DNA of 64,000 bases from Mobula hypostoma. Taxonomy: Eukaryota. Below the pieces are notes generated by a model. It made no database searches and was not told the DNA's origin. It was given only the letters and a program-made list of their open reading frames with translations. This document shows positions 12,391-24,046 of the stretch, piece by piece. Every line of letters starts with the position of its first letter. Positions within the stretch are counted from its first letter, which is position 1. The stretch spans positions 30,754,001 to 30,818,000 of the forward strand of contig NC_086097.1 in assembly GCF_963921235.1 (NCBI RefSeq). The letters are read 5' to 3'. The position numbers and the translations under genes are program-made.

Positions 12391-13144
12391 ACGAATTATT
12401 CCCTGGAACGTAAGGCATAGCACACATAGGGAAACCTTATACATATATATATAAAATTATGAAGGGTATAGAAAAAGTAAATACATGCAAGCTTATCCCC
12501 TGAGGTTGAATGAGGCTTCTGTAAACTGTCCCAACAAGTGCTAGGAGAAACAGGGAGGCAGGTAACAGAAATGCAAGAGGTAAAAAAGGGATGTTAATGG
12601 ATCAGTACGAATGTGAGGGGCTGAAGGAACTGTCTCCCTGGTACTCTACTGTGTCCTTCTGATTTGGCTTCTTCAAAACTGAGCAAATATATCTCTTCTA
12701 GACGAGTCATCTTGTTTCCTTTTGTTCAATTGGTTTATTTAATATTTTCCTTATTTTACTTTAAGCATAGTTCTATCATCTCTAATCTCATTTTCCAATG
12801 TCATGTCCACCCGATTTGTCTCCCTGATAAATATTGATGCAAAGTAATTATTTAATATTTCCATCATTTCGTGATCCCTGCCTGATTTTATCTTCTCTTA
12901 ACCAGCTTTCCTTTTTGATTTATGTGCATAGAGAATATTGCATTTGATAATTTAACTTCATTGTTCCGCCCTGTCTTCCAAGTTGTTTTCTGGAATTCTG
13001 TCCCTGTGTTCATGTTGCTCTTCTTTGCTAACTGTGAATTTGGTGTGTGTACATGTTTTAGCTCCTAACTTTACCTTTGGTCTATTTATCCACAGAATCT
13101 CAATAGCATTGTCGGTTTTCGTTTTGTAGAATATTTTCCTGAAT

Positions 13145-13360
13145 TTTGCTAAATACTATTTTTAAATGTCTACTATTAAATGTCTACCACACTAAATACC
13201 ATTTTAAATATCTACTATTGAATGACTTCTGTGCTAAATACCATTTTAAATATCTACTCATAATGACTACTATGCTAAATACCATTTTAAATATCTACTC
13301 TTAAGTGAGAACTATGCTAAATACCATTTTAAATGTCTATTATTAAATGTCTACTATTGT
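13145..13360. repeat. AT-rich minisatellite, about 5 copies of a 41-42 bp unit
   Basis: Recurring GCTAAATACCATTTTAAATATCTACT..AATGAC..CTAT. Confidence 0.85.
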
Positions 13361-13554
13361 ATTTACATATCTTAATTTATTAATGTTGTCCATTTTCTAT
13401 GCTTCATTCAAAACTTTTCAGAACAGTCTCCTATCATGCTCATAAGTATCAATTGTTACCCAAATGTACATTATGAACACTATTGCCTGCATATTCACCT
13501 CCTTTAATTTCTCTTACCTGTTCTGGATCTTTTCCATTACTGGATCCAGAACCA

Positions 13555-13935
13555 CAGAACCACATGAGTCAGAGTATAGGAAGGAAATAGAGCAACTATT
13601 GGCATGGTGTCATGACAACAACTTTTCCCCCAATGTCAGCAAAAGAAATGGTCATTGACTTCAGGAAGGGGGCAGTGCACACATTCCTGCTACGGTGATG
13701 GTGCCGAGGTTGAGAGGTTCAGCTTCCTGGGAGTAAGCATCACCAGTAACCTGTCCTAATCCAATTGTTTCAATGTCAAGGCCAAGAAAGCTCACCAACA
13801 CCTCTATAGCCTCAGAAGGCTAAATAAATTTTGACCCTCACCAACAGAAAGCATCCTAGATGCATCCTAGCTTGGTATGGCAGCTGCTCTTCCCAAGACT
13901 GAAAGAAACTGCAGACACAGCTTAACCTCAGAAAT
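13555..13935 (+). mobile_element. Rex1/Babar-type LINE RT fragment
   Basis: ESEYRKEIEQLLAWCHDNNFSPNVSK..MVIDFRK; KKAHQHLYSLRRL. Confidence 0.75.
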
Positions 13936-14009
13936 CAGCAAGTCTGTCGACATTAACTACACATTTGCTGTAACTATAACAGCATATTCTGAATTACGTT
14001 TTCCAATTT

Positions 14010-14190
14010 CACCCATGTGACCATCTAATCTACTAACCCACGTCTTTGGAATGTGGGAGGGAACCGGAACACCCAGAGGAAACCCATATGGCCACAGAGA
14101 GAATGTATAAACTGCTTACAGACAGTGGCAGGAACTGAAGCCAAGTCACTGGCTCTGTACGCAAACCACTATGCTACCGTGCTGCCTCTA
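14010..14190 (-). mobile_element. V-SINE-like SINE fragment
   Basis: GTCTTTGGAATGTGGGAGG..ACCCAGAGGAAACCCA..CACTATGCTACCGTGCTGCC (reverse tRNA-like head). Confidence 0.65.
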
Positions 14191-14724
14191 TTAGTTTCAT
14201 ATTTCTACATGCTGAAGTGCCATTTCTGTGCTGTACTAGTTCTATGCTCTCAAAGGAATTTCTTCTCACAGATGGTTAGATATCTTTGGAATTCTCTACA
14301 CTTGAAAAGCTAGAGACGGATTTCTGATTTCTTGAGCACTCCAGACAGAGGACTGGAACTAAACCAAAATTATACACAAAATATTGGGGAAACTCAACGG
14401 GTCAGGAAGCATCTATGGAGAGGTCTCAAGCTGAGACCCTTACGCCGACTTTTTAATTTCACTCCTCTACGGACAGTCAAGGATCAAAACCCTTGGAAAA
14501 GCTTCGACCTGAAACGTCGACTGTCGCATTTCCCTCCACAGATACTGACTGACCCACAATGTTGCTCTAGCGGCTCACCTTTTTGCTTCAAATTCCAGCA
14601 ACTGCAGTCTTTGTGTCTCCACTAGATCAGTTACATTTTTATTAAATGGTGGAGTGGTTTCAAGAGGCCAGTGGCTATCTTGTGCTCCTGTTTCTTAAGT
14701 TCAAATGTATCCAGATACTTTTCA

Positions 14725-15490
14725 AGAGTCATAGAGCACTACAACACAGAAATAGACACTTTGGCCTATCTAGTTATTCTACCCTTCCCATTGACTTGCA
14801 CTTGGATCGTAGACCACCAAACTCCTACCATTCATACTTGTTGAAACTTCTCTTAAATGTTGAAATCAAACCTGTATCCACCACTTCTGCTGACAGTTCA
14901 TTTCACACTCGTGCTACCCTCAGGGTGAAGAAGTTCCCCCTCAGGTTACCCCTAAATATTTTACTTTTCACTCTTAACCTATGACCTCTAGTCTAGTCTC
15001 ACCCAACCTCAGTGGAAAAAGCCTGCTTGCATTTAGCCCTCAGAATTTTGTATACCTCTATCAAATCTCTCATTCTCCTATGCTCTAGGGAATAATATCC
15101 TAACTTATTTAACCTTTCCCAATAACTTAGGTCCTCAAGTCCCAGTAACATCCTTGTAAATTTTCTCTACACTCTTTCAATCCTATTGATATCTTTCCTG
15201 TAGTAGATGACCATAACTGCACACAATACTCCAACTTTGGCCTCATCAATATGTTATACAACTTCAACTCCTATACTCAGTACTCTGAATTATGAAGGCT
15301 AATGTGCCAAAAGCAGTTTTATAACCCTAGCCACCCGTAACGCCACTTTCAAGGAATTATAGATCTGTATTCACAGATCCCAAAGTTCTACTCCACTACT
15401 CAGTGCTCTACCACTCACTGTGTACGTCCTGTCCTGGTTTGTCTTCCCAAAGTGCAGACCTCACAACTGTCTGCGTTTAAGTCCATCTGC
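14725..15490 (-). mobile_element. Old CR1 LINE 3' fragment ending about 50 bp from the exon 3 donor
   Basis: Reverse strand shows decayed LEYCVQLW and RRMR.DLIEVYKIL motifs plus 3' UTR. Confidence 0.75.
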
Positions 15491-15541
15491 CAGAGTTGAG
15501 TTACTTAACAGGACAACATGTATATTCAGCCAAGACATTAC

Positions 15542-15606
15542 CTGGACGGAACTGCTTGACCAACACAAAGGAGTCCCGCATGGGATGGTAGATCAGCACT
15601 GAAACA
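15542..15606 (-). CDS. NUDT14: NUDT14 internal coding exon (exon 3 equivalent, 65 nt): (S)[21 protein letters not shown]
   Basis: Minus strand tttcttaatttccatctcttgcag|TGTTTCAGTG...CAGTTCCGTCCAG|gtaatg. The phase-2 start completes Ser with the upstream exon. Matches human NUDT14 [22 protein letters not shown] as recalled from memory. Confidence 0.93.
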
Positions 15607-16089
15607 CTGCAAGAGATGGAAATTAAGAAAGTTAATTGCAGACTCATACCATCATTAGCTTTGTATCCAGATGGAGTTTCTAATTGCCAATCAGTTTTAT
15701 TCTATATGCCAGTCCATCTTCTGGTCATTGCCTGCAAACTGTTCCAACAGAGCCTGACGTAATCTCGAGGAGCAACATCTCACCTGTCACTTTGGCAGTC
15801 TTCAGCCCTTGGGGCCCACCACGCAGCACATCACAGAAACCAGTCTCCCCTTCATGGACTCTGTCTACACTTTCCACTGCCTTGGTAAAGCAGCCAGCAT
15901 AATCAAAGACCCCACTCACCCAGCACAAACAAAAGCCTGAAGGACAGCTCTTATCCTGATATTATAAAGGTATTGAATGGTTCTCAGTACAATCAGATTG
16001 ACCCTTAACCTAAGAATCTATCTCATTATGACATCGAACCTTACTGTCCACCTGCACTGCATTTTCTCTGTGCTGCACTTTATTCTGCA

Positions 16090-16395
16090 CAGCATGATAG
16101 CACAGCTATTAGCATAATACTTCACAGCACCAGCTGAAGTTCAGTTTCTGCCATTGTTTGTGAGAAGTTTGTACATTCTCCCTGTGACCACTTGGGTATC
16201 TCCTGAGTGCTCCGATTTCCTCCCATATTCCAAAGACGTACGAGTTAGGGTTAGTAAATCATGTGCATGCGATGTTGGTACCAGCAGCATGGCAGTATTT
16301 GCAGGCAGCCACCAGCACATCTCAGACTGTTGGCCATTGACACAAATGAAGTATTTTGAAGTACATGTGACAAATAAAGCTAATCTTAATCTTAA
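16090..16395 (+). mobile_element. V-SINE-like SINE nested in a Rex1-type 3' UTR (15810-16515)
   Basis: GTTTGTACATTCTCCCTGTGACC..GTGCTCCGATTTCCTCCCA core; tail GTACATGTGACAAATAAAGCTAATCTTAATCTT. Confidence 0.7.
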
Positions 16396-16544
16396 TTCTG
16401 TTATTATTTTTCCCACGTACTACTTCAGTTGTGATATGATGAAATGATCTGTATGGATGGCATGCAAAACTAAGCTTTTCACTGTACCCTTGGTACATAT
16501 GACAATAATAAATCAACTTAGCTCTTAACAATTTCAGATAATCA

Positions 16545-17095
16545 ACCTCTAAGTCATGTTAACTGTCATTTAACTATATACATGTATACTGTCAAACGAG
16601 ACGTTTCTCCGAACCAGGGTGTATAGCACAGTAGTACACATAACACACAATAACTTATGAAAGTATGGATAAAATCTACAGATGAAATATGCATAAACAA
16701 ACTGAAGTGGATAAATTAAATATTGTTAGGTACAGAACAGATTAACCAGTGACACTTCGAATGCCATGCGGCTGGGAGTTCAGAAGCCTATTGGCCAGAG
16801 GGAAGAAAGTTTCCCATCCTGACCATTCTTATTTTTATGGATTAGAGTCTCCTGCATGACGGAGGAAAGTCAAAGAGGACACAGGATAGATGGGTAGAAT
16901 CCTTTATAATACGAAGGGCCCTGCATATGCAGCACTCCTGATAAATGTCCCCAATGGATGGTAAGGAGACCCCTATGATCCTCTTAGCCATTCTCTTGTA
17001 GGGCCTTCCGGTCTGATGCTCGACTGCTCCCATACTAAATGGAGATGTAACTTGTCAGGATGCTCTCAATGGTGCTCCTGTAAAATTCAGTTGAG
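16545..17095 (-). mobile_element. Rex1/Babar-type LINE 3' fragment
   Basis: ORF 16842-17033 AKRIIGVSLPSIGDIYQECCICRALRIIKDSTH..PSCRRL. Confidence 0.75.
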
Positions 17096-17199
17096 TTGGA
17101 AATGGCCAGTTTTGGTATAACAGCAGGGAATGTTTGGGTGCCTGGCAGATAGGTAAGCACCTAAGGGAAAAGGACAAGGTTAGTATTTCAGACCAGTGA

Positions 17200-18062
17200 C
17201 CTCTCCTAGTGGGGTGGGGTAGCAGACCCCAACAGAATCAACAAACTCATTCATAAGGCCAGTGAGGTTGTGGGATTTGGTAAGAGGCAAAGGTAAGGGG
17301 GTAGAGTTAAGGGAGTGGGGAAGGGTCAAGGGTGAGGTGAGAGGTGAGAGGTGAGGGTGGAAAGAGTAAAGATGAGGGTGAAGGGATGTTGGAGGATGAT
17401 GGGGATGAAGGGCTGGTGTAGAGGATGAAGGAAAAGTGAGAGGGATGGAGGAAGGGTGAGGAGAAAGGTGGGGTGAAGGGGTGAAGGGGGCAGGGTGTAA
17501 GGGAAAGATGTGAGAGTAAGGGAGAGCAGAAAGATGAGGGGTGAGCAGTGAGGGGATGTAGGTGGGTGTCAGGGTGTGAGAGGATGTGCTAAGGGAGAGG
17601 GGAGAGTGAGAGGGTAACATGTGCAAGGGGAAGAAAGTGTGAGGGGAAGTAGGTGGCTGATGGTGTGAGAGGAAGTGGAAGGGTAACAGGTACAAGGGAA
17701 GAAATGAGAAAGAGGGGATGTAGGTGGCTGATGGGGTGTGAGGGGAAGTGGGAGGGTAATAGATGCGAAGGGAAGGAATGAGGGTGAGAGAATGTAGGTG
17801 GCTGACAGGATGTGAGGGGAAGTGGTGAGGGATGAGGGGATGGGGAAGGAGGAAGGTAATGGGGTGTCAGGGGAAGGGGACAGTGTGGGAATGGATGAGC
17901 AATGAGCGAAGGGGTGAGGGGAAGAGATGAGGACATAGGAGGTGGAAAGGTGATGAGGGAAGGGGAGGAGGGCTGAGGAGAGTGACAGGAGGACTGGAGT
18001 TAAGGCTGAGGGCAGGGAGTGGGGCAGAGGAGAGAAAGAAATAGGACAGAAAGGAGGAGGGG
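17200..18062. repeat. Purine/G-rich low-complexity tract with degenerate internal repeats
   Basis: Plus strand almost only G/A with some T; GTAGGTGGCTGA..GTGAG.GGAAGTGG recurs three times at 17650-17825. Confidence 0.8.
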
Positions 18063-18959
18063 GATTGCTGGAATGACACAGTCGCTTCTGTTGAATAAAT
18101 GGCCGGTGGAGAAGTGGCGTTAATCACCACACTGAACCTGGTAAGCCGGCAGTCTGGGGTCTGCTCTGCTTTCAAACTTTACAGCCTGTTGAGTCACGAA
18201 TCAGCGACTTGCCAGGCTGCTGACAGGCAGCACTAATAAAGGTGCAGTGAGGCTTTGACTGTCTTTATTTGGACAGTGGGAACACAGGCTAAATTTAGCT
18301 ACAATCAAGATAGCCTCCCCTACTCACTGAACAGTTCCTCAGATCACTGGTTCACTACCAAAAACTCATTCAGAATCAGAATCAGGTTTAATAGTACCAG
18401 CATAAGTTGTGAAATTTGTTGTCTTTGCCGCAGCAGTACAATGCAATACATAATACTAGAAAAATTGTGAATTACAGCTAAAAAATATATACAATAGTTA
18501 AATTAAATAAGTAGTGCAAAAACAGAAATAAAAAAGTAGTGAGGTAGTGTTCATGGGTTCAATGTCCATTCAGAAATCAGATGGCAGAGGGGAAGAAGCT
18601 GTTCCTGAGTCGTAGAGTTGTGCCTTCAGGCTTCTATAACTCATTCTTGCCTATATTACGGAGAGTGGACAGCCAGAGACTTCCTCCCGGGGGAACAGCT
18701 AATGTGAGGGGGAATATAGACCCAGTTAGGACCAGTTACCAGGACCCGTCAGAAAGCAAAACAAAAGAATCCTGGGGTTTTAAATAAAGACACGGAGTGC
18801 AAAATGTATATGAAATATTTACAGCTGGCAGCTCAGATTTCATAGTTCAGATTTAGACTTATTTATCACATGTATATTCAAACATAAAGTGAAATCTGTC
18901 ATTTGCATGAACAACCAATACACCCAGGTATGTGCTGGGGGCAGGATGCAAGTGTTCAA

Positions 18960-21080
18960 AGTTCAAAGTAAATTTATTATCAAAGTACAGATATGTCACC
19001 ATATACTACCGTGAGGTTAATTTTCTTCTGGGCATTCACAGTAAATACAAAGAAATACAACAGAGTCAATGAAAAACTCCACACAAATTCAAACAACCAA
19101 TATACAAAAAAAAACAAACTGAATGAACAAAAACTAGTTAATAATAATAAATAACTACATAATAAATATTGAGTTGTAGAGTTGTAGAGAGTTGTAGAGT
19201 TGTGAAAGTGAATCCATAGGTTGTGGAATCAGTTCAGCGTTGGGGTGAGTGAAGTTATCCATTTTGGTTAAGGATCCTATTGGATGAAAGGTCATAACTG
19301 TTCCTGACCCTAGTGGTGTGGGATCTAAGGCTCCTATACCTCCTTCTTGATGGCAGCAGTGAGTAGAGAGCACGGCCTGGATGGTGGGGGTCCCTGATGA
19401 TGGATGCTGCTTTCCTGCTACAGTGATGGGGAGGGTTTATCTGTGATGGACTGGGCCTTAGCCACTACTTTTTAATAGGCCTTTCCATTCAAGGGCATTG
19501 GTGTTTTCACTCCAGACCACGAGGCAACCAGTCAGTATATTCTCCACAATGCATCTATAGAAATCTATCGAACTTTTAGATAACACGCCAAATTTTCGCA
19601 AACTTCTAAGAAAGCAGATTAACTGCCTTGCCTTCTTTGTAATGGCACTTATGTGCCGGCCGCAGGACAGATCCTCCGAAATTATAAAGCCTAGGAGTTT
19701 TAAAGTTACTGACCCTCTTCACCTCTGACCCCTGATGAGGACTGGAACATGGACATGGCAATAATCAGCTTCTTGGTTTTACTAACGCTGAGTGAAAGGT
19801 TGTTGCTGAGGCACCACTCAGCCAGATTTTCATGTCCTCTCCCATATGCTCTGGCACCGTGCTTAGGCTCACAGTCATAAGTCTAAAGCAAGTAGAGCAG
19901 GAGACTAAGCACACAGCCCTGCAGTGTACCTGCGCTAATGGTGATTGCGCAAGAGATGTTATTGCCAATCTAAACATGAGTGCATAAAGTCTGTGACAAC
20001 TGTGGCATATTCATTCAGATCCTTTGATGAGTCCTTGAACATGGCCCAGTTCATCACTTGCATCAATCGTGTAGCCGCTCCTCTGTCTCCTGCAACCACC
20101 TCTTTGTTGTCCATATCTCTGGTGCCTTGGTTTTTAGCCTCTGCCTTTATACCAGTAGGACAGTCAGATGATCAGATTTCCAGAAATGCAGTCTTGAGCT
20201 GGAACAGTAAGCATTTCTGATAGTAGGGTTACAGTGGTCAAGTGTGTCAGGATCCCTGGTGCTTCAAGTAATATGTTGATGATAAATGGGCAGAAATTTC
20301 TTCAAGCAAGCCTGACTGAGTTCCTCGGCAATGATGTGAGAGGCATTGGGTAGGCTGTTTCTTGTTTGCTTATCACAACACTCAATGTATTGAGTGCTTG
20401 CTTACTATCTGCCTTTGAGAGCATGTAAATTGCTGGTCAGGATCACGGAGCAGAGTTCTCTTGGTAAGTAGAATGGATGGTACTTGATCATTTGATGCTC
20501 CAGGTCAGGAGAACAAGAGTGCAACAAGACCTCCACGTCCAAGCACCACGAAGAGTTTATCATGAAACACAGATCCCACCTCTTGCATTTTCTGAATCAG
20601 CAGTTTGGTCCATCCGGTGGATCGAGAAACCATTCAGCTGAACCACTGTGTCTGAAATGAGCCATGTCTCCGTGAAGCAGAGAAAACAGCAATTATTAAT
20701 TTCCCTCTGATACAGCATTCTTGCCCTTAAGTCTTCTATCTTGTTTTCCAGTGACTGTACATTAGCTAATAATACATTGGATAGGATAAGTTTCATACCC
20801 TGATGCTTTAGTCTGGCTTAAAGTCCTCCCCACCCCCGTGTCTTCCAGCGGTGGTGATGGCTAACCTTCATCTACTAAAAGGTGCCATACCTGCATCCCT
20901 GAGAGTCAAGTTCACCGAGTACTTCAGTAAAATCACTAATTTGTTTAGATAGTTCAAAAGTACATTTCTTAAAGGGAAATTACAGGCTGTAGATTGCCTA
21001 GATAGTAGTTAGAAGTAGATCTAGAAGGTTTGTGAACTGCCTGCAAAATGTCGCAATGTAGCACCTGTGCCATCTTGGAT
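18960..21080 (-). mobile_element. Rex1/Babar-type LINE, internally deleted, with 5' end, APE endonuclease remnant, RT remnant and 3' UTR
   Basis: ORF 20560-20796 VLLANVQSLENKIEDLRAR..CFTETWL..GFSIHR.D..RGGICV (APE N-terminus); RT remnants at 19380-19960; CCAAGATGGC at the 5' end near 21068-21078. Confidence 0.8.
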
Positions 21081-21614
21081 CTAATGTGCCACACATTCAG
21101 CACCATGCCACAGTTAGAACACTGTTTATCAGCAACCCAGGCGCAGAGATGGCCAGTGATTCCCAGGTCAGCGATTCCTGGGTTGAGGTCCACACAGGCA
21201 GGAATCACAAGGGCCCTCCCAAGGTCATCGGGGTTGGAGGTCCATGTGAGTCCAGGAGTGTGTTCGAAGGTCAAACACATGATCATGAGTTCCAGGGTTG
21301 ATACCGAGAGGATAGTGAAGTCTGGGGGACAAAGACAAAGGTCAAAGTCCAGAGCTCGATAAGTCTGGAGGTTGAAGGCCGAAATTGCTATGTCCAGAGG
21401 TAGAGGCCAGAAGCTGAGTGTGCAAGCCCAGGCTAGTGATTGGAGGTTGAAAGCCCGACGTTTATAAATCTGGGAGTCTGGGGCCAAGGACTAGAGGCCT
21501 GGAGGTGGCCTGTCCTGGGGTTGGAGATCTGTTTGTGTGTATGAAGGGGTGGGATGGTTGGAAAGGGGCTTGTTTTGCTGCTGTTGTCTTGTTTTGGTCT
21601 GTAGTTGCTGTTGT

Positions 21615-22500
21615 ATTAGTGTTACAGCGAGGGGTGTGGCGAGTATCAAGAGTGTTAAAGTGAGGGCATAGTGTGTATCAGTGTTACAGTGAGGGGTGTG
21701 GGGTGTGTCAGTGTTACAGTGAGGGGTGTGGGGTGTGTCAGTGTTACAGTGAGGGGTGCGTCAGTATCACAGAGAGGGATGTGGGGTGTGTCAGTGTCAC
21801 AGTGAGGGGTGTGGGGTGTGTCAGTGTTACAGTGTGGGGTGTGGGGTGTGTCAGTGTTACAGTGAGGGGTGTGGGGTGTATCAGAGTGTTAAAGTGAGGG
21901 CATAGTGTGTATCAGTGTTACAGGGAGAGGTGTGGGGTATGTCAGTGTTACAGGGAGAGGTGTGGGGTGTGTCAATGTTACAGTGAGGGGTGTGGGGTGT
22001 ATCAGTGTTACAGTGAGGGGTGTGGGGTGTGTCAGTGTTACAGTGAGGGGTGTGGGGTGCGTCAGTATCACAGAGAGGGATGTGGGGTGTGTCAGTGTCA
22101 CAGTGAGGGGTGTGGGGTGTGTCAGTGTTACAGTGAGGGGTGTGGGGTGTGTCAGTGTTACAGTGAGGGGTGTGGGGTGTATCAGAGTGTTAAAGTGAGG
22201 GCATAGTGTGTATCAGTGTTACAGGGAGAGGTGTGGGGTGTGTCAGTGTTACAGTGAGGGATGTGGGTTGTGTCAGTGTTACAGTGAGGGGTGTGGGGTG
22301 TATCAGAGTGTTAAAGTGAGGGCATAGTGTGTATCAGTGTTACAGGGAAAGGTGTGGGGTGTGTCAGTGTTACAGGGAGAGGTGTGGGGTGTGTCAGTGT
22401 TACAGTGAGGGGTGTGGGGTATATCAGAGTGTTAAAAAGAGGGTATAGTTTGTATCAGAGTAACTGTGAGGGGTGTGAGTGTATCAGAGTGTTACAGCAT
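21615..22500. repeat. G-rich 30-bp minisatellite with periodic variant units
   Basis: Unit GGGGTGTGTCAGTGTTACAGTGAGGGGTGT, roughly 29 copies. Confidence 0.95.
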
Positions 22501-23286
22501 GTGAGCCAGACCTAGATCAGATAAGATTTATTACTGAAAACAACTGAAACTTGCCTGATGAAAATATGCACTGCAGCAGCTCTCAGCTGGAAAATGTCAG
22601 TTTGAATTCTCGCAGTGCAGTCAGCCTGAGGAAATATGATGTTGGTAGGGAAAGTAACGATGAGCTCTAAAACCGGGAAGATTTAAGGTGATTTGATGCT
22701 TCCTCACCAGGATTCACACTAACAGCCGAGTCTCTTTCACTTTATGGAACTGATTATGAAATAGTCTTTGGGTTGTCATTTCAGAGTCCTGTCAACTGGT
22801 CTCCACAGAACAAGTCCTTGTCAGTCATGCACACAATACTACAAAGTTCAAAATAAACTCCAAAGTTCTAAGTAGATTTTATTATTGAAGTACATATATG
22901 TCACTATACACAAACCTGGGATTCATTTTCCAGTGGGGATACGTAGCAATTCTACAGAATAGTAACTACAACAGGATCAGTGAAAGATCAACTACAGTGC
23001 AGAAGACAACAAACTGTGCTAATGCAAATATAAGTAAATAGCAATAAATTACGAGAACATGAAATAACAAGGGAATCCTTAAAGTGAGATCATTGGTTGT
23101 GGGAACATCTCAATGGATGGCAAGTGAGTGTAGTTATCCCCTTTTGTTCAAGAGCCTGATGGTTATGGGGTAGTAACCGATCTTGAACCTGGAGGTGCAA
23201 GTCCTGAGGCACCTATACCTTCTACCAGACAGCAGCAGTGAGAAAAGAACATGGCCTGGGTGGTGGGGATCTCTGATGATGGATTT

Positions 23287-23704
23287 CTTGAACTTCTGGT
23301 AATGCCCGCCCCCTTCACCATACCCCATCACTTTTTCCCTCTCTTACCTTATCTCCTTGCCTGTTCATTGCCTTCCTCTGGTGCTCCTCCCCCTTTTCTT
23401 TCTTCGAAGGGCTTCTGTCGTCTCCTATCAAACTCTCCCTTCTCTAGCCCTGTATCTCTTTCACCAATCAACTTCCCAGCTCTTTACTTCAGCCCTCCTG
23501 GTTCACCTATCACCTTGTATTTCTCTCTCCCCTCCCCCACTTTTAAATCTACTCCTCCTCTTTTTTTTCCCCAGTCTTGATGAAGGGTCTCGGCCCAAAA
23601 CATCAACTGTACTCTTTTCCATAGGTGCTGTCTGGCCTGTTGAGTTCCTCCAGCATTTTGTGTGTGTTGCTTGGATTTCTAGCATCTGCAGATTTTCTCT
23701 TGTT
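23287..23704 (+). mobile_element. Penelope pseudo-LTR insertion
   Basis: 15-bp flanking duplication TCTGATGATGGATTT (23272-23286 and 23705-23719); degenerate hammerhead at about 23573-23608. Confidence 0.85.
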
Positions 23705-23919
23705 TCTGATGATGGATTTACAAGGATGTTGCCTGGATTGAGGAGCATGCCTTATGAGAATAGGTTGAGTGAACTTGGCCTTTTCTCCTTGGAGCGACGG
23801 TGAATGAGAGGTGACCTGATAGAGGTGTGTAAGGTGATGAGAGGCATTGATTGTGTGGATAGTCAGAGGTTTTATCCCAGGGCTGGAATGGTTGCCACAA
23901 AAGGACACAGGTTTAAGGT

Positions 23920-24046
23920 AACACACATCAAAGTTGCTGGTGAACGCAGCAGGCCAGGCAGCATCTCTAGGAACAGGTGCAGTCGACGTTTCAGGCCGAG
24001 ACCCTTCGTCAGGACTAACTGAAGGAAGAGTGAGTAAGGGATTTAA
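23920..24046 (-). mobile_element. 127-bp Penelope pLTR fragment inserted in CR1
   Basis: 10-bp TSD GGTTTAAGGT at 23910-23919 and 24047-24056; sequence matches the pLTR at 41990-42110. Confidence 0.88.
23981..24016 (-). ncRNA. Minimal type I hammerhead ribozyme (Penelope-associated), all core nucleotides intact
   Basis: Minus strand AGUC-CUGACGA-AGG(GUCUCGG)CCU-GAAAC-GUC^GACU: stem I AGUC/GACU, core CUGANGA and GAAA, palindromic ACGU stem III, GUC cleavage triplet. Confidence 0.8.

Noticed and set aside
18130..18146. Plus-strand donor-like CTG|GTAAGC
   Set aside because: No matching acceptor or recognisable reading frame; antisense to NUDT14.
17180..18175. Pro/Ser/His-rich minus-strand ORFs (also 24952-25461 and 32262-32786)
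   Set aside because: Low-complexity translations without splice or homology support.
21673..22515. Cys-rich (CQCYSEGCGV)n ORFs, and a CRISPR-like look to the array
   Set aside because: A 30-bp tandem unit keeps frames open; there are no unique spacers and the context is eukaryotic.
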